Shown here piece by piece: positions 59,166 to 64,000 of a stretch of 64,000 bases of DNA. This DNA comes from Octopus vulgaris (lineage: Eukaryota). Made by a program: the position numbers and the translations under genes. Each line of letters begins with the position of its first letter. Position 1 is the stretch's first letter. The stretch is taken from NCBI GenBank assembly GCA_951406725.2, contig OX597829.1, forward strand, positions 44,392,001-44,456,000, written 5' to 3'. The notes beneath the pieces are model-generated. The model was given only the letters and a program-made list of their open reading frames with translations, had not been told where the DNA came from and searched no databases.

Positions 59166-60886
59166 GGAAAAAGCGGTGAAGGCAGCGGCGGTGGTAGTAG
59201 TAGTGGTGGTCGTAGTGGGAACGGTGGTGGTGGTGGTAGTGATAGCGGCAGTGGTCGTGTTGAAGACGGTGGTGGTGATGGTAGTGAGGAATGGTGATGG
59301 TGGGGGTGATGGTAATGGTGGTGTTGGTGTTGGTGGTGATGGTGGTTGTCGTCATCGTCGTCGTCGTTGTGGAGGTGGTCGTATAATGGTTGCATCAGTG
59401 GTGATGGTAGCGATGGTTGATGCTGGAGATTAGTGTGAAAGTGAGTAGGTGAAATATATATATATATAAAAAGAAAGGAAAAAGTTAAGAAACTAAAATA
59501 GGGATAAATGGTGTTCGAAGTATGGTTTTCTTAATGAAATTTTAAAAGCAAAACTAACGAGAAATGGATAGAGCGAAATAAAAATAAAATAAATAATATA
59601 AATATGGAAGGTGGGGGGGGGGGGCGAGAGAAGAAAAGTCAGAAAGTAAAGATGAAAAAGAAAAGAATCGGAAGAAAAGAAAGAAAAAGAGCGAGGGCGT
59701 CAATGAATTAGAAACAAAAAGCAAAAAAAAAAAAATTTAAAAGAAAAACAGAAAAAAAATATTATAAAAGTGAGAAAATATATATATATAAGTACTTAGA
59801 GTGTCTATGTAACTGTGGTGAGCGAAGACACATATGTGTAAGTTCGTAGGTTAAGGGAAATGGAAAAGGGGAAAAAAAAATAATAATAATAATATTTTTA
59901 AAAAAAAGGGTAAAAAGAATTTAAAGAATAAGGAAGGATTGAGCGGCGGTGGTGGGTAGATGTGGGAGAGATTATTATGAGATAAGAGACGCCCAGCAAC
60001 AAACAAACGTAAGATGTGCTTCCGAAGAGACAAGCGAAGTAAAGCTAGGAGGTAAAGCAGCGACAATGTACGGGCCCTTCAAAGCGCGCTCCAATATTCC
60101 CGCCGTCACCGCTTCAACCACCATCGTCACCACGACCATCATCACCAAGACACACACACACAGAAGCACACACTTTACCTTGGTTCTTTCCCTCCCTTTC
60201 TCTCTCTCCCTCTCTCTCCCTCTTTCCTTCCCCCCTCTCTCTCTCTCTCTTTCTCTCTCCCTCTATATTGCTTAAGCAGGCACGCCGTCAATTTTGTTTT
60301 CTGGATGATCGCACACACACACAGACAGTGTCTGTTATAATAGGGCTGTAGCAGGGCAAAGTTGTAAACAATTATCAAATTGAGATAGGACAATGGAGAG
60401 TGTAGAAGCTTGCGGAGACACACTGCTAAATTGAGCGACCTCCAATTGCTACACCACACATCTGTCCGCCTCCATCGAACATGCTCTAACTCATATAAGC
60501 TTTTTGCCGTGTCGGCTTAACTTTGTGTGTTAGCTTTGAAGGCATTGTGTGTTCGACCGTAGCAGTGTAAAAGAAGCAGGGTTCAGATATGTGGGCCGAT
60601 TGTAGGGGGAAGAAAAAAAAGGCTAGGAAATAAAAAAAAAAAGAGGAAATTCTCCGTCCAACTTAAGGTAGTGCTACCAAAAGTAGGGGAGATATGAAGA
60701 GCTTTGAACGACAGGACTTTAATAACCAAGAGCCGTTAAGTTTCCTCTTCAACATTTCCCAACCATCAGCACCAAACAGTTTTCGTTTTGAAGGATCCTT
60801 TGTTTTTTTTTGGAGAAAAACTTCTTATTCTACGCCAGTTCTGAAGAGATGAAATATATACGTAATTAAAACTATTAGGAAAGTAA

Positions 60887-60926
<40 letters not shown>

Positions 60927-61469
60927 ACACACACACATACACACACATACACACACACACGCACGCACACACACACACACAAACACACACACAAACACAC
61001 ACACATACATACACACAAGGAAAACAAATAAACAAACAAAATCAACACAAGTAATATACAAATAAAAACTAATACGAAGTCAGGAATATTTACGATAAAA
61101 AATATATAAAAAAAAATATGCAGGTTTGGCTATATGGTAAAGGACTTTGCTTTATAAACACTTGATTTCGGGTTCGATCCCATTGTGCAGTATTTTTGGA
61201 TAAGTGACTTCTGTCATAGCTCTAAGCTGACTAATAGCATACGAGTAGAATTTGGTAGACGGAGACAGTGCGAAAACCAGTAGTGTGTGATGTGTGTGAT
61301 GTGTGTGTGTGTGTGTGTGTGTGGATATGTGTGTGATATATAGGTGGTGTAGGGGGAGAGAAAGAGAGAAGTTGCTTGGCATGTAGAGTGATGTATTAAG
61401 TCATATAGGAAAAATAGATAGGCATGTGTGTGTTTGTGTGTGTATGTATAATATGTAGGAAGGTGCATA

Positions 61470-61577
61470 GATATATAGATATATATAGATAGATATATAG
61501 ATAGATACTTAGATGATAGATAGATAGATAGATAGATGAATGGATAGATGTATAGATAGAGAGATAGAGAGATAGAG

Positions 61578-61617
<40 letters not shown>

Positions 61618-61928
61618 TGTTAGATAGACAGATAGATAGATAGATAAATGATAAATAGATAGATAGATAGATAGATTGTTAGATAGACAGATAGATAGAT
61701 AAATGATAGATAAATAGATAGACAGATAGATAAATGATAAATATATAGATGATAAATAGATCGATAGATAGATAGACATATAGATAGATGATACATACAT
61801 ACATACATACATACATACATACATACATACATACATACATACATACATACATACATACATACATACATACATACATACATACATACATACATACATACAT
61901 ACATACATACATACATACATACATACAT
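61470..61928. repeat. Degenerate (GATA)n followed by perfect (TACA)n
   Basis: Directly visible. Confidence 0.95.
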
Positions 61929-62697
61929 AGATGTGAAATGATGTAGAAATTTAAGATATCAAGAAGTAGGTGAGAATATAAATAGAAAGGAAAATCTGAG
62001 AGAATAGACTGTTCAAGATGCGTGTGAATCTGTTTGAAATTAAAAATCCTCAGGAACTTGAGAAGGCATACGAAGAGAAAATGCGAAAGCAATAGCTGTA
62101 ACAAATATTCAAAGAGCATCAGCGGACAATAAGTCTCTTACAGATAGCAAAGACACCAAAGAGGCGTAAAAGGAAGCGGAATTGCACTTAGGACACCAAA
62201 GAAGAAGAAATATTCTCCGGCAGCCGTACACGACTGCAAACAGATGTTCAAAAGACACCGAATGGTAATTAAGTCTTCAACAAACGTTAAGACTTATCAG
62301 ATGTCCGATGAGCCCAGAAAAACAATTTGTTGTTCAAGAAAAAGTTTTAAACTAAGGCAGGACTTTGAAATTCTCTTAATCGATATAATAATAATTAGTG
62401 TTATTTTTAGTTGGTGTTTAATGTTTTGCAGTTGATGATTCGAGATGGGGAAGTTTCTATTCGACGGTAACCAACTGACCTGTGAGAAAAAGAAAAAAAA
62501 TTGAAGGGCGATCATTTCAGTTTTACTACATCAAATAGTTGATATACGTACAGTTGTGGCTGTGTATTTCTAAGCTTGCTTCCCATCCAAAATACTTCCG
62601 GGTTCAGTCACTGCGTAGCACCTTAGCAAGGTTTTTCTACTGTAACATTGGACCGACCAACGTATTATTATTATTGTTGTTGTTGTTGTTGTTGTTG

Positions 62698-63198
<501 letters not shown>

Positions 63199-63728
63199 GC
63201 CTTTGCACAGTCCCTAACGCTGGAGATGTACTACAGTGTCAGCTGTTCACTACCAGTGAACTAAGGTAACACCTCTTATTTTTCGAGCACCTTCCGGAGT
63301 ATTCGAACGATTCCAAGTAGTGTGTTTTCTGCAAGTGCCCCACCCTTATTGCAGTCCTATTTGTTCCACATACTTCTCGAGATTTTTGTTCATTGTTCCT
63401 AGGGATCCGACAATTATTGGTACTAGACCACAACTGCTTAACTTCCCAAGCTAACCTGTCATATCTCTCAACTTTTCTTTCTTCTTTATCGCATACCTTG
63501 TCGACTGGGCATGCTATATCTATGATCCAGCATAGTTTGTTTTCTTTCTCAATTAAGACTGCCTCGCTTCTTATTCTCTGTTTCCTGGTCGCCTTGATTC
63601 ATAAAATCTCATAAGATCTTTGCATTCTTATTTTTGACGATGCCTTCAGGTTTGTGGCCGTACCAATTCTTTGCTCTGACAAGTCCATGCTTGTGGACAA
63701 ACCTGGCTATATTGTCATAACGTCTCTG
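63199..63728 (-). pseudogene. R4/Dong-clade 3' fragment (third subfamily) between (TAA)n tracts
   Basis: [56 protein letters not shown]. Confidence 0.86.
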
Positions 63729-63750
63729 TATTATTATTATTATTATTACA

Positions 63751-63923
<173 letters not shown>

Positions 63924-64000
63924 TCAAGGAAGGCGGTGTATTTCAAATTGATGTAATGCTTGCATTAGTCGATTAAATGGAGCTGCCTGAAACGGTCGTA

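Overview
This is AT-rich, microsatellite-saturated eukaryotic DNA. Its SINE repertoire and repeat landscape strongly suggest a cephalopod (Octopus-type) genome, which is an inference. No intact host protein-coding gene is visible, and nearly all long ORFs in the track are microsatellite artefacts. The window is a nest of mobile elements: four tRNA-derived SINE families (more than 25 copies), non-autonomous Helitrons, decayed mariner/maT transposons, hAT-like MITEs, Tx1-clade and R4/Dong-clade LINE fragments, and Penelope-like (PLE) RT and GIY-YIG fragments. The most striking signal is about 15-20 minimal type-I hammerhead ribozyme (HHR) motifs from roughly ten sequence-unrelated short element families, mostly embedded in (TA)n tracts. 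They have palindromic (dimer-type) stem III and compensatory core variants at the 3:8 pair (C-G, G-C, U-A). Several sit in fold-back arrangements, including a perfect 130-bp palindrome that encodes an HHR on both strands. One HHR lies at the 3' end of a PLE endonuclease fragment, linking the system to Penelope-like retroelements. Other signals are a Tx1 LINE apparently targeting (GATA)n, a SINE sharing its 3' tail with Tx1, a 1.7-kb inverted duplication, and a few candidate minus-strand exons. All structures were read by eye; nothing was computed or searched.
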